Of a DNA stretch of 64,000 nucleotides, positions 14,167-27,271 are shown piece after piece (positions within the stretch are counted from its first letter, which is position 1; the number at the start of each line of letters is the position of its first letter). The notes beneath the pieces were generated by a model. The model made no database searches. It was given only the letters and a program-made list of their open reading frames with translations, and was not told the origin of the DNA. Both the position numbers and the translations under genes were made by a program. Origin of the DNA: Nageia nagi (lineage: Eukaryota > Plantae > Pinophyta). The DNA lies in NCBI GenBank assembly GCA_050084985.1, contig JBITNC010000001.1:164796001-164860000 (forward strand). The letters run 5' to 3'.

Positions 14167-14639
14167 CAACAGTATCTTGGCTTTCCCTTGTCATTGGCAA
14201 TGGGTTTTAGCCCTCTTTCACCTTGTAAACACTCCTGCAACTTTCAAGAGTACCGCTGTCCTTGTTTTTTGTTGTATGGAACAATCTTTTGGTAATATGC
14301 TTTAACTTTGTGCACCCCAAACTGAGTCTAGACCAAAAAAATGAAAACATACTTGATAAATTGTCACATAACCCAACTGTATTACCTTTCCATGTGGTGT
14401 GAATATTGGAACTGATTTTTGTCATCAAGGGCTGCCTTAGAATGTTGCCAAAACTGAGATTACTGCTGTTGCAATTTTGTTGGCCTCCAAATCTAAGTAG
14501 AGACCAAAGTGATGTAAATATGCTACTATCCAAACCTGCTGTGTTGCTTTTCCATGAAGCGTGGATGTTTGGACTGCCCCTTTTTAACCAAAGCTCTCCT
14601 TGAACCTCATCTGAACTGAATTTACTGTTGTTGATATTG

Positions 14640-16391
14640 TTATACCCCCTTAAAGAGGTATCATGGTTGAGTGAGTGCTTTCTAATCTGTTAACGACTGT
14701 CAAGGGGTGTGTGGCATTGATGCCCCTTAAAGTGATCTTCATCCCTTGCTCAAAGAAACTCATTTCCAACTTTCGGTAATTGAAAGTGACATCTCCTGTT
14801 AGTCGGCAATTTCACTCATTCGGTTGAGTGGCCGAACTCCTAATACTATTTGAGGGAACACACCCATGGGGTAAATATAGAAATTGGCTATGATGTTGTA
14901 GTTTTCAATGGTCAATCTAAGGTCGCTATTCATCCACTTGCACCTAGTTTGGTATCCCCTAGCATTGGTGACTCCAAATTCTTTGGTTTCAACCTTTCTG
15001 TAATGAACCTATTTTTGAGAATATCTTGTATTTGGGATTTTCCACAAATCTTTTCTTCTACAAGTCAGATATGGCCATTGCACCTTCAGAATTGGATAGA
15101 GCATCTTGTGGCATTTGTTTTAAGTGGTCACATGACCCCTTTTGGACAAGAAATGAAGGAGTTATGGCTACTTGAAGTTTGCAAGTGGGACTAGTTTTCC
15201 ATATCACGCACACACACGAAAATCCACTTAATTAGTGGATTTCTACTTAAAAGTGCAACGTTGGATTAAAATAAGCTTTTATGTTATTATAATGTTATTT
15301 TAAGTACTTTTATTTGTAATAAAGCCAATCAATGGCTTAGATTAGCTTAAAGGGGTCAATGCAAGATTAGGGTTGGAGTCTATATAAGGAGATGCAACGC
15401 TCCATTTTGGGCATGTTATGTTGATATGAGAATTGAATATTGAAACCCTAGAGTTTCCATGAGTTGAGATTGCAGGTCTTGCTCATTCCCATAGTGCATT
15501 GGAGGTGCATGGTTGGGGTCTTGGCAATATCATTGAAGGTGTTGTTGCCTGAAAATATCAAAAATACAAATAAGGGCATCTGTGAGTGGTTTGTGGCATT
15601 TTTGGGAGCGTTTGTGACATGTGTTTCAGACCTGTTGGCAGCCCCAAACCCTATGCTTGTATTTGGGGTCATTTTTGAGGAGTTTTTGCATCAGTTCAGC
15701 CTTGGGGTCAGTTCGTCCCACTTGTGGGAGTTTGTATCTGCATTTTGAATTCCTTGGGGACTCCATTTGTCCATTCCAACTGTTGTATTGGTTTGGCAAT
15801 ATTTAATATATGATACTGGCTGATTTCTCCTCATACTTGTGTTATTTATGAGCGATTTCTGAGTTGTTTTATTGCTGCAATTTATTTATGCATTTTTATG
15901 TTCAGGGTTTGCTAGAAAAAAAAAAATATATATAAAAGGAACATCACACTTTCCAAGTTTCTTCTAAGGACAAAGGCTTCATCAATAAAATTATTGGTGG
16001 CTCCATTTTCTACTAAGGTAATGATGGGTTCTCCCAAGATATGCCCTTCTAATTGGAGAGTGGTGTATTTGACAGGCTTAATCAAGGCTTCATCAATATT
16101 GTTGTATTCAGAGGGTTTCTACGACAAATTTGATATATTGCATTGTTGGTTTTCAGATCAGGGTGCCTTCTTATGCATGTTTGCAAATCTTGACATTTGT
16201 GAGTAGATCTATTCATTGTAATTGATATATTTTTAGATCAAATGCAAATCCATTGATTTGGCCCAAGATTTGAGTAATTACTCTGTATTGCAGTATAGAT
16301 CAGAATTTTATTTGTAGCAAATCATAATTTGCTTGCAAGAAATATTGTGTTTTGCCCTAGGGTTTGAAAATTTCAGAATAGGGACATTACA
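14640..16391 (+). mobile_element. LTR-like remnants (probably two nested or decayed LTRs)
   Basis: LTR-type 3' ends GGAACATCACA (15948) and GGGACATTACA (16391); TATATAA at ~15381. The segment at 15158-15226 resembles the LTR segment at 37283-37350. The 5' boundaries are not resolved. Confidence 0.45.
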
Positions 16392-16399
16392 TTTTAGGC

Positions 16400-17461
16400 A
16401 ACACTTGTTGGAAGAGTGCTATAAAAGTTCTAAATTTATGTGATCCAATAGTAAATATGCCCAAAGACGTTGGTTGAGATAAACCTACAATAGTTTTTGT
16501 TTAGGACGGTATGGAATACTGTAAAGAAGCCATTGCAAGTTCTTTTATTAATGTTGAAGTTGGCTACAAACAGATACGAGAAGTAGTAGACTACAAATGG
16601 AAGATGTTGCATAATCTTTTGTATGCTACTGCATATTATTTGGACCCTAGATTATTTGGTTCAAAAAGAAACAATGACAAGGAAGTGATGAGTGGTCTTT
16701 ATGAGGCTATTGCAAGGTTGAAATCGAGTCCAATGTTGCAAGGAAACTAAGAGGGCAACTCAAGTCATATAGATTAGAAGAAGGATTATATGGTTATTTT
16801 GCAACAAAAGAAGATAGAGTAGCTAGCGAACCAAACGTATGGATGGATTTCTATGGTGCAGAGGCTTTTAAGCTGCAATGTTTTGGATTACGAATTTCGA
16901 GTCAATGCTAAAGTGCATCAGCTTGTGAAAGAAATTAGAGTAGCTTTGACCAAATTCACTCTAATAAAAGGAATCAGTTTTTATTTGGACTTTTGGATGA
17001 TTTTGTTTATGTTCGCAATTGTGATTATCGACATGCAATGTGGCTAAATAATCAGAAAATATTTCTTCTCCATCATTTGAGCTTGCATCATATGTCTTCG
17101 ACAATGAACATGAGGACATTGGACGTGTTTATGAGAGCAATGAGCATGAATTAATCAACTCTTCTTGTGCTCTTGATGATATGGAGCTTGCTGATTTAAC
17201 AAGTGGATATCAAGGAGAAGAACAACAAGAATGAATTCTTGTGCTCTCACCTTCTTTATTTTTGTGTTCTTAAAAGGAATTATTAATGTTTGTTTTGAGT
17301 TTTTGTTTGAGTTTTTTAGTTACTAATTTATTTACATAACATTGAAAGGATATATTTGTATTTATAATATATCGAATTTTATGCTGAATTTTTAAACATA
17401 TCGAATTTTTTTCGAACTTCAAGAGTGCTTAACTCAAACACAAACTTATGAAGTAAGCTTG
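16400..17461 (+). pseudogene. 5'-truncated hAT transposon remnant (transposase C-terminal/dimerisation region)
   Basis: Translates to KWKMLHNLLYATAYYLDP and, in another frame, WMDFYGAE...SASACERN*SSFDQIHSNKRN (hAT dimerisation motif, with stops). CGAA(T/C)TT subterminal repeats precede a candidate TIR TAAGCTTG ending at 17461. Confidence 0.8.
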
Positions 17462-18118
17462 CAGGTAGGTGAAATGTGTTGGGATCTGAATACTTCTCTC
17501 AACAAGAGTGGTCAATAAGTCACTATCAGGAACCAAATGTGCCACTGGCAGCATTGGCAACAAAGATACATCCTCACATGATCCCGATGATTGCACTCTG
17601 AGTAGTCTGTGAGGTGATCACTATCTGATGTGCCTACGAATCAACGAAAATCAGAAAATATGAGCAGAGAAATCAGAAAATCATTGTTGCCATTGTTAAG
17701 TTGAGCAACAAATAGACTTCTAATTTTTTTCACACCTATTGAGGCATATGGCTTTGCAGATTATATAGACACAATGAACAGGGAGTGGTTGCCTGTTTAT
17801 TCTCATCAATGTTTGTTTCATTTTATTGCTAGGCTAGTTAATCTAGCAATCTGGTTAGTCTATTTGGTTTCTATTTGCTATTAAATGGTTTGTAAAATGA
17901 ACTGTCAAAAACTTATTTTTCAGCTTTATTTCATCCCTACTGTTGCATTACCATCTAGCAAGATGGCATGTGCTGCATCAGTACTTTCTTTCCTTCAAGC
18001 TTGTTCCTATGGTTGATGTAATCCTCTGAGTTTTTGAGACGAATTCTTATTCTCCAGAGATAAAGTTGTTTCTTTTATCACCTAATTTGGTCTTAAAATA
18101 TGCTTACATTGTTTTCAG

Positions 18119-18274
18119 GACTTTTCAAAGCTTTCATCAGATTGGCCATGGGATAGTGGAAGCGTATGGATCACTATGGGCACTTATTTTTTCCTCTTGC
18201 ACATCCCACTTAGCTTGGGAGGTTTATCAATCGTTTCTCAATTTTTGCATCAAGAACTTGATCCACAGACTAAG
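18119..18274 (+). CDS. Internal exon of a CAAX amino-terminal protease / CPBP (Abi) family gene (At3g26085-like)
   Basis: ttttcAG|...|GTgaat; 156 bp, phase 0. Encodes DFSKLSSDWPWDSGSVWITMGTYFFLLHIPLSLGGLSIVSQFLHQELDPQTK, matching the recalled plant motif PW...W.TM..Y.F.LHIPLSFGGLSIV...LHQ..LDPQT. This frame is not in the supplied ORF track. Confidence 0.85.
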
Positions 18275-18533
18275 GTGAATTGTTGATAGAACTCACTGCA
18301 TTGAATGGTGTACCTTATCTATGAAATATTTGTCAAATGAATTTGATTATTCATAAACTTGGCCTCAGAGGAGGTTGAAATGATTATTTTCATTTTTCTT
18401 TTGATATTCAAGTTTGCTGTTCTGTAAGATGTTCTTCACATGAATCTGTGCAGAGTCCAAAGTATTAGGGTTTCTTGAAATTTGATATGGTGAGAAATAG
18501 GTCATTAAAAGGGTCTTTTGATAGAATGTGCAG

Positions 18534-18752
18534 GCTGCATCTTTGTTGTTTACTCAGACATTTGAGCTTGTGGGAGGTGTGTTGCTCATACAATCAACAT
18601 GCAAGTCTTTCACTCCTTCCAAGTCATTCAAATGGTTCCTTGCAAACGTATGGGGAGAAAGGGGCTGGTTGAAAGCATCATTAGCAGGCATTTCCATTAT
18701 TTATTTAGCTGTACTGTTAACATCAACAATTGCACAGATGATTGAATCAAAG
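18534..18752 (+). CDS. Next internal exon of the same CAAX protease/CPBP gene
   Basis: tgtgcAG|...|GTcag; 219 bp, phase 0, in frame with the previous exon. Encodes AASLLFTQTFELVGGVLLIQST...ERGWLKASLAGISIIYLAVLLTSTIAQMIESK (hydrophobic helices, matches the family region). Confidence 0.85.
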
Positions 18753-19637
18753 GTCAGTTGACTCTGTTATCCTTTCAACCCTTAGCTGTCTATATTATGT
18801 TTTCTATCACTGTAACATTTACTGTCTGTATCACAAATTTGAACTTTCTTCTATTTTATTGCCACTTTTAAACACAACTGGTTGCAAATGTGGCAGCAAA
18901 ATGTTATCTTGTTAAAACATATATTTTACTGTGTTTTATGGAGGCGACAAGTGAAGAGAAGATTATTTTGAAACTAAAATATGAAAAATGAGCAGAAAGT
19001 AAGAGAAAGGCATAGATTCAAGTAGGGCACACGAATGAAGGTGGATACTGAAGGTATTTAAACAATCAAATCATGCTCAAGAATATATAATGATATTTCA
19101 GTACATGAGGTACTCAGGAAGAGCAACTGCTCCAAGAGAAAGAGGGAATAAGCAAAGTACATGCATACACAAATGCAATTGGAAAAAGAGTTGCAACCAC
19201 GATAATGTAACTTGTAATATATCACATAAAAAGCCACATGAGGGCTCTTTATGTTAAATGAGTAAATGTTATTACCCATATGCTCCCATATATTTCTTCA
19301 AGGAAACACAGACCCACAAAATTACATGTTTAGTGATTGTGTCACCACACAATCATTTGATTCAAGTGACAGCTTCTTTATACATAATACATATATATCA
19401 AAATTTTATGAATTTGGGGGTTCCTTTAAGGTCTCTCTAAATATTTCAGCAATTTGGTCTTCTTTTGTATAACGTTCTTGCTGAATAGTCTGACTAGAAA
19501 TTAATTGGCTGATACAATGATGTTGACCTTGATATGCTTGGCTTGCATGTTTGGAAACAAAATTCTTAGCCAATTGAATGACATTTCTTATGACCTTGGC
19601 AGGGTCATTGGGTACTTTCATTACAAAACCAACTTTT

Positions 19638-20831
19638 TGTAAAGATCCAATTACAAAATCAAGTGCAAATAGCTCAAAATACACAAGTATGCTCAAACGT
19701 TTGACCTAGGGTGTCCAGATTAAGCATAAACAATACAAGATTGCCACGTCTGGCCAAGACTAGCAGATATCAATAAATACAAGCTCACAATGCCAACGTC
19801 TGGCTACAACATGCAAGAATGAACAATCACACCACAATGTTGCAATAGTAAAGCATACACAAGACAAATATGGCTATCCAAGTGCCCAACGGTTGTATGT
19901 AAGATAAAATGATGATCAAAGATACAATACCAAGTCCCCATGGTTGGACGTTGGCCTCCAAGGAGCCAACTAGGGCACAACGCGTGTCTCTCACTGTTGG
20001 ATGGATGGATGGTGAATGGGACAATCTTGCTCCCACATACCATGATTCTTCTCCACCGAAGGAACCCTCCTCAAATCTTGGCAACCACTGAAGGTAGAAG
20101 CTCAACCTTGGAATACCACCAGATGGGCTAGGGTGCTACACCAAAGCCATAGACTAACAGGATCCCAACCTGCTAATCCTCCTAGATGCTGCACCTAGGG
20201 ATCTTGCTTAGTGCTACACTAAGACTTCTGTCCTCTAGACGGTATAAGCAAAAATAAATAATTCAACATATCCAGCAAATGAGGCTCCAAGGGCTAATAT
20301 AGCTTTTCTGGATTTGGATTGCACCTCAAGGTCATCACCCAATCCCCTCAAGCCCCAACGTTGGCACCTAGGAGTCATTCTAGGTCCAATGTGGGTATCT
20401 GGGCTTCTTCTATGCTCCACGTGGGTCTAGGAATGCATGCGTGGGTCTAGAAGGCATGCACGGGTATCTAAGGGGGCAACGTAGGTGTCATGGGCCAATG
20501 TGGGGGTCTAGAAGTCTCCCCAAGGTTGGTGCATGTGTACAAGTGCTCCCAATCTCAATGTTGGGGCATTAAGTGCTCATCCATCCACTTAAGTGCTAAA
20601 TAGACCTTGGGATTCCCACAATTATGTATCGGGATCTCCAAGTATATTAAAACATCTAATCTACACTTGGGAGGGAGACATCCCACTTGGGGCTCTTAGT
20701 GGGGTCCATTGACCCATTAAGTCTTCTATCCCAAGTACTAACTTAAAACACAATTAAGTAATTAAATATAATACAGAAGGGAATCCGTTGGATTCCAGAA
20801 TCAAGTACAATAATACAAGGGGGACGTCACA
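19638..20831 (-). mobile_element. Solo LTR (~1.19 kb), related to the gypsy LTRs at 55320/59750
   Basis: TG...CA termini with a perfect 5-bp TSD CTTTT. The reverse complement is similar along its length to 55320-56486. Confidence 0.92.
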
Positions 20832-23557
20832 CTTTTCCAAGATGTGGTAAAATCCAAAATCTTCCTTGTCCACCACAAATAACACCTTTTTACTCAAGGA
20901 GTTGAGAGAACAATGTTTGCCTGCTTCTTAGAACTTGATATAATGAGGCTACTTAGATATGATACAATCTTAAGATATAAATACATTCGTGAGTATGACG
21001 TCTTACTATGGTCCAGATTATATATATTAATTTTTCATGAGGAAATAACTCCATGTTATACAGTGATCAAGACTATCTGTATATTCAATTAGTCTCCCAT
21101 TTCCAAGCTCAGAGACTAGCTAGGAAATGGCACCAGGCTTTTGTTGGCTTTATCAAATGAGGTGCTTGTGATATCCCCATGTTGATCCCTTTGTAATAAT
21201 TTTCACACAGTAGAGAATGATGCATTTATGGATCTTGCATCATGTTGGCAAGAAAAAATGAGGTTATAATAGGTAACCTAAGTAATTCAATGATTCAAAA
21301 GTAAATATAAAACGCAAGGGAAATGTAGGTCCATTGCAGGCTCAATTGTGGGGACCATAACATGACATGGAGTTTGCCCCACTTGTCCTCTGCAACTTTT
21401 CTATTTCGAGAAAAATACATATGTTATTGGAATGATAAGAATATTATGATATTAAAGTACATGATAAACATGGAAAATCCCTAGGAGTAAATGCAAGGAA
21501 AGAAAGGGCCTGAGCTTTGGTATCAAGTGGGAGGGTCTCAATGTCATTTTGTATGTGCGTGAAATGTCCTCTGATTAGGGAAGCTATGTCTCGCTTCAAA
21601 ATTCTAAAAGTTATCAAAGTAAAAGTATGTAACTATATTTTTGAAGGTAGCTTCTACAATTAATTTTTCATAAGAAAAAAATTCTTTGGTTTATTAGATT
21701 GGGGGAATTGGTCAGTTTGTTACACTTTTAGACACCTCTTCATGAGTTTGAGTCATGTTCCTTACTTCCACTACAACATCCAATGCACTAAGTTAAATGT
21801 TTATGTGTCCAAAAGAGCTGGTCCTCGAACCTAGGTCTCCACGCCCAAACTGGACATCTCCCCCAACATGTCAAGCCCTGTGGGCTAGAAAAACAATCTT
21901 AACAAGCAAATGAAATACCAAATATTCTTGAATTTTTCTGAATTTATAGTATTATCAGCAAGAGCTTCCATATGCAACTTAGCACATGGCATGATACTTT
22001 AGAGAAGTGAAGCACATCACTTATATTCAACCTCCATTTGCATGGGCTTTTGGCTATATGAACCCATGTGGAATAGGGATGTGCTGGATTGAACATCTTT
22101 CCATCCATGGGCATAAATATGGGGAGTTTGTTGGAACCACAAGTAGAGGTGCATTCCAAAATGCTGCTAGTAATCACAGCAGCAGAGCTGGGCCACAAAA
22201 ATGGTCAAGCAAGGAGGCTATCAAGCTGATGGTGAGTGGTACTAGATTGAATACTTAGAGAGAGCTAGAGGAAACATCAATAGGGCGGTCAATTCTATGT
22301 GGGAATGAATGGAGCTTGTCTGTTCTAGATCCAATCTGCAAGACAGCTTTTGGTATATTGATGTCAGGTCTTCAACAGTGCTTCATAGCAGCAGCGTCTT
22401 TTTCTCATGCAATGCTATGGTCTAGTACTTGGTAATGGGTCTTGATAAAGACTTCAACAATATGATAAATTTAGGATTAACCTGAGGGATTTTCAAGGAG
22501 CTCATGAGTACTGGAAATCTACAATGTATAATAGGAATTCCGGAATGCATATGATTTTGTGGGCATGCACAAACGCAAGTGGAAAGCTCCACAAAATGTG
22601 TGCAAGAGAACGAGTGACAGATACCACAGAGTGGAAGATTTTAACTAGTACAAGTAAAATATTCCACGTGTGAGATTCCGCACAAGTGAAGATTCTAAAC
22701 ATACGTTTAAGTATAACATTTTACATGTATAAAATGGAAACAGAAAGCTAAAAATACACAATGCTCAGCATATGTCACCTACATGAAACATGTTCCCAAC
22801 ATTCCTGCATAGTTTTTGCTTAGGAGAGAAAAGACTAGGTCTTACTCATTTTAGACAATCAGGAGAAGTATCATGACCCAACCCTAATGAATTTTTTTTT
22901 GTCTTAACATTTCTCAAAAGTTGACAAACTTGACTTCTGGAGTCGGCTTTGTGAAAACCTTTGCAACCTGATCTTGCATATTGCAAGACTCTAGATGAAG
23001 CATTTTAATGGACCAATTAACGAATATAATGATGACAGATCTTAATATTTTAAGTCTATGCATGAAAAACAGGTTTTTTGCCATTCGAATATCACTTTTA
23101 TCACACCAAAGAATTGTCGAGTTTTGTTTTTTCGAAGCTAATTCTTCTATAACAGACCATGTTTAAATTACTTCTTGACTAGTAGAATGTTAGTAACCAC
23201 TCCCTTGTACTTGGCCTTTGTGGTTGAAAGAGAAACAGTTGCTAGTTCTTTTGGGTACAGGTAGTGGCCGCGAAGAAGAGACCCCCACCTCTAGCTGAGC
23301 TTGCAGTTCAAGTTAAGTTAGAAAAGGAAAGTGTCCGCAATGCCAAATTCCTTAACCTTAGGGTTCATAGAAATGGATCCACTTCAAGTAGGCAACATCT
23401 TCATTCAAAACATTCTCGGGTTAACAACATCACTTTAGAGAAAGCATGGGTCTCCCCTAAATCCAACTTGGTCATACACTTTAAGAATACCAAAGAGCAT
23501 ATGAAGGCCTTAAGGGCCAAAAAGGAAACTATTCAATCTCTAGGACAAGATTTTTCT

Positions 23558-26500
23558 CAAGGTTCCACAGTGAGTCGGGAGCGGCAGAGTGTCATTTTTA
23601 GGGAGCGGCTCCGATTCGGCAGGCGGAGCGACTAGTAAAAATCTCTAAGATCTTTAGATTTTTTCTTGTTCATTGTTTTTAATTCATTTTTACAATCAAC
23701 ATTCAATATATATCAAATATGAATTTAAATTACAAAACATAATCAAGTATGAATCTGAAAGGTAGAAACTAGAAACAAGAAATCAGAAATCAAAGCGAGC
23801 CATAATGTCATTAAGTGACAAACAAGTCTGAATCACTAGTACATAATGTCATAATATCAAAATGAGTCATAATGTCATGAGAGCAAAATGCCAAAGGTCA
23901 CAATAACAAAACCATAACTGTCAAGTATCAATACTATCAAACTATGGCTCTAGCCTCTAAGACTCTTAAGACAAATCCTTTGGCTCTAAGGGCTCATGTG
24001 CCTCTAATATATTCCGATTGTAGTCAGAATCAGCATCCTGCTCATCCATATCATGATCATTTGATGAGCTACCTTCATCATTCAACTGGATACGCTCCAT
24101 GACCAATGGTAATCCTATCAACCCTTGAGCATCATCATCAACCTCCTGACTAGTTGCCTCCACAGGATCAATATCCCATCGTGAAAGTGGACTAGCTCTA
24201 TACTTTGGCTTCACCCTCTCATGAAGACAAAGATAGCTATTCACCGCTACTAGCTTCTTTGCTCTCTTTGGGGTAAGCCTGTTCCTTCTCATGCTGTGGA
24301 TGATGCCATATGTGGACCAATTCCTTTCTGCAGCATAGGAACTACCAACTTACAAACAAATTTGTCATTTGATAAAATTAAAATTAGAAACATGAAACAT
24401 CAAAGTTCAAACAATTTGAATTATTCAAATTTGAAATTTCTTCTATTAACCTGAGAAAGGAGCCCAACTGCAAGTTGCCTCAATTCTAGAGCATCATCCC
24501 CATATAGATCCCACCATCCAATGGGATCACTTTGGGCAATAGTATTCCTATCCTCTCTACACTCTGGTGTGTTAAAATGAGGACCCTTAAGTCTTGAAAA
24601 TTGCATGAATTGTTTTCTAAGGATGGCAGCCTCCTCTTATGTATACACCTTTTTCAAGAACTTCATGAATCTATTTTTCACTTCTGAATCATTAATGGGT
24701 ATATTTTTGCCATCTTGGCACATACCATTTTGGATTTAGAGCATGGGCAGCCATATGCATTGGAGTGTTCATCTTAGTCCACCTATAAGAAATTAAAAAA
24801 TAAAGTTAAAAACTTAAAACTACAAAGTACAAACAACAATGAATCAACATTTGTTACATTTCTTATGGTTATCTGTTCAATATAATGGGACGAATGTAGT
24901 TTGTATAAAATGAGAGATCTTTGGCACTAATGATATCTTTTATTCGCTCAACCATGCTGTCAAAAGTCTCATATATTTCTCCTAAATTAGGAGAATCTGT
25001 ATCACCATACCTAATGACATCATGGATTGGAGCAATGAAACTAACCATGTACCTACAAGGTGACAAGGATTAAAAAAAAAAGTTAAAAAACTACATAGTA
25101 ATATAAACAATCAATAACAAAAAAATTAAAATGAAACTTCATTTATCTAATTTCATCCCACCAACTATCATTTAAGATTTTGAATCTATGTGTTTTCCCC
25201 TCATCTGACTCAAAATCCTTCCACTTCTTCCAATCTGATGACCCTACCATGGATTGGAGTGGTTGCTATAACTCAAACATCCTCTTTAAGAGAAGGTAAT
25301 ATGTGGCATATCTTGTTTCAGCAGGTTTGATGAACTCCTTCTTTGAGAAGCACCGAAACAAGGCCATTGATGTGTGATGGTTGCAAATAAATATTTGCAT
25401 CTTTCTTCTTTTGAACTATATCTTTCACCCATTCTATTTTTCCAATATTTTTCAAAGCATTGTTCAAAGCATGCACACAACATGGAGTCCAATAAATATG
25501 TCTAAAAGTGGACTATAACAATTTACCTGCTTTCTTACAAACAGGGGCTGCATCTGTAATGAACTACAAGACATCAAAAAATTAAACTTAAAATATTAAA
25601 TATTGAAAATTTAAAAGTAAAATAAATAAAATGAAAAGTATAAATTATTAAATACTATAAAATTTAAAATAAAATAACAAAATAATTTTGCTGGCACAAC
25701 ATTGGATGGGCCAACATTCTCAATAGCTTGCTTCAAGAGATGAAACTCGAACTCTGAATCCTTTTTCTTCCCAAAACAGTCAATAGCTTGAAGAAAAAAA
25801 GGACCATCTGGAAATGTAACAATTATATTGATGAGTGGATGCTGATGAATGTCAGTCCATCCATCCATCACTATGGAACACCCATTATGCATCCATGATG
25901 TTTCCATTGTACGCATCATCAAAGTACATTTAGCATAAGCCTTCTCCAAAAGACTAGTATATTCAAGTGCATCTTTGAAATAGGGTGACCGTGCAATACA
26001 GAAGGGTAGCCCATGTGCATAAGAAAAAAACCCAAAGAATCATCAACAATTTCTTTTGCTTGTATATTCAATGCATCATGTATATTCCCTCTTTTTCTTG
26101 ATGGGGGCAATGTAAGACTCGGTAAACTAGAAGAAGTAGGGTGTGTGGAAGAAGATACATATGAACCAGTAGTGGGAGATGGATGGCTAGGAGTAGGGTG
26201 GCTAGATGAAGTATTTTCAATTCTTTGTTCTTTTAAATCAAGATTAGTGCCCATATGTGTAAGCCTTATAATTTCTACAAGTTGGAATTTGTTTACATTT
26301 GGACACTTTCTCACCCCACACCCTGTTTTATGTGAGAGGTGTGCATCTAGCTTAGTATAGCTTCTTGTAAATCTAGTTGAACAAAAATTACAAATTACTT
26401 TTGTCCCTTCAATTGAATTTGAAGTATTTTTTTTCAATGGATCATTTCTAAAAAATTGCTATAGAGGTTTTATGGAATTAAATGGTTCTCTGGCAAATGG

Positions 26501-27271
26501 TTTTAACAACATAGAGGGACGATCAAAACTAATTGTGTTAGAACTGCTGCCCCCAAAAGTTTGTGATTGTTGAGTTTGTACATGGTGCACATATATGTTT
26601 ACATTTTGATTTTGGGTTTCAATTTCTTCCTTTCTTCCACTTTCATTTTCAAGAACAAAACCCTCACTATCACTATCCATTTTGATATTGGATTCTGGAC
26701 AAAAAAAAATTTAAAATTAAAATGAAACTCTTTACAATATCTAAAATTTTGAAGAATCTAACAAGAAAGAGAGAGAAAGAAAATCTACCTTGTTGTCCTC
26801 CTTCCTGCTATAGTTTTTTCTTCCTCATTGTTTTTTTGTTGGGGCTGGACCAAAAATAGGAGAATAAAAACTAAGATTGGGAGGTTAAAGTCATAGGGTT
26901 TTGGGGTGGGGGAGTGGGGGCATGAGTGGGACCCACCCCCATTCTTTTTTTTCATGTTTTCAGCTTTGTTTTTTTAAAAAAACTTGAGCAAATTTTTTTA
27001 ACGTTGTTGGAGCGGTCAGACACTCCCGAAGTGGTCGTGGAGCGGCTCAGCCACTTCGACGGTGATCCGGATGGCAAGGCGGGTGGTCCAATCCGCTCTA
27101 ACTGATCCAAAGTGTCGGGAGCCGCTCTCAGCCGCTTCGACGGCACTTCGGATGGCAAGGCGGGTGGTCCGATCCGTTCCAACCAATCCAAAGCGTCGAG
27201 AGCCGCTCCGACGCTTCGGATCGGCCGGAGCGCGTTCGGGAAATCCCAGAGCACGCTCTGATGGAACCTTG
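23558..27271 (-). mobile_element. Complete hAT DNA transposon (decayed), inserted in LINE ORF1
   Basis: TIRs CAAGGTTCCA / TGGAACCTTG; 8-bp TSD ATTTTTCT / ATTTTCCT (7/8 match); GC-rich subterminal repeats. Confidence 0.95.
23966..26680 (-). pseudogene. Multi-exon hAT transposase pseudogene (BED finger, DUF659, dimerisation domain)
   Basis: Motifs KVICNFC...LDAHL, GCSIVMDGWTD, PIGWWDLYG...LAVGLLSQ and ERNWSTY...RRNRLT. AT-rich introns, in-frame stops and frameshifts are present. Confidence 0.92.

Larger units (their letters stand above)
1..14171 (-). mobile_element. Long LTR (Ogre/Tat-like long-LTR family), minus strand, other end outside the window; outer part tandemly amplified
   Basis: Ends in ...GGGGTGTGTTGTGCGGGCACAACA at 14171, which reads TGTTGTGCCC...CACCCCAA on the minus strand. 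Near-identical termini occur at 39230, 45692 and (on +) 31182. Minus-strand TATAAATA lies near 897-905. Internal ~370 bp subrepeats are present. The Ogre/Tat assignment is inferred from LTR length only. Confidence 0.8.

Noticed and set aside
205-14305. Many short ORFs recurring in the tandem array
   Set aside because: They are F/K/L-rich translations of A/T tracts and recur only because the LTR DNA is repeated; no domain motifs.
14172-14620. Minus-strand ORF of 108+ aa between LTRs
   Set aside because: No recognisable family and no convincing splice context.
21167-21900. LTR-like start TGTGATATCCCCC
   Set aside because: No matching end or TSD found.
21950-22480. Possible PPR-gene remnant (RDVL.., IHGH, KMVKQG)
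   Set aside because: Only scattered short motifs across different frames; cannot be supported without a search.
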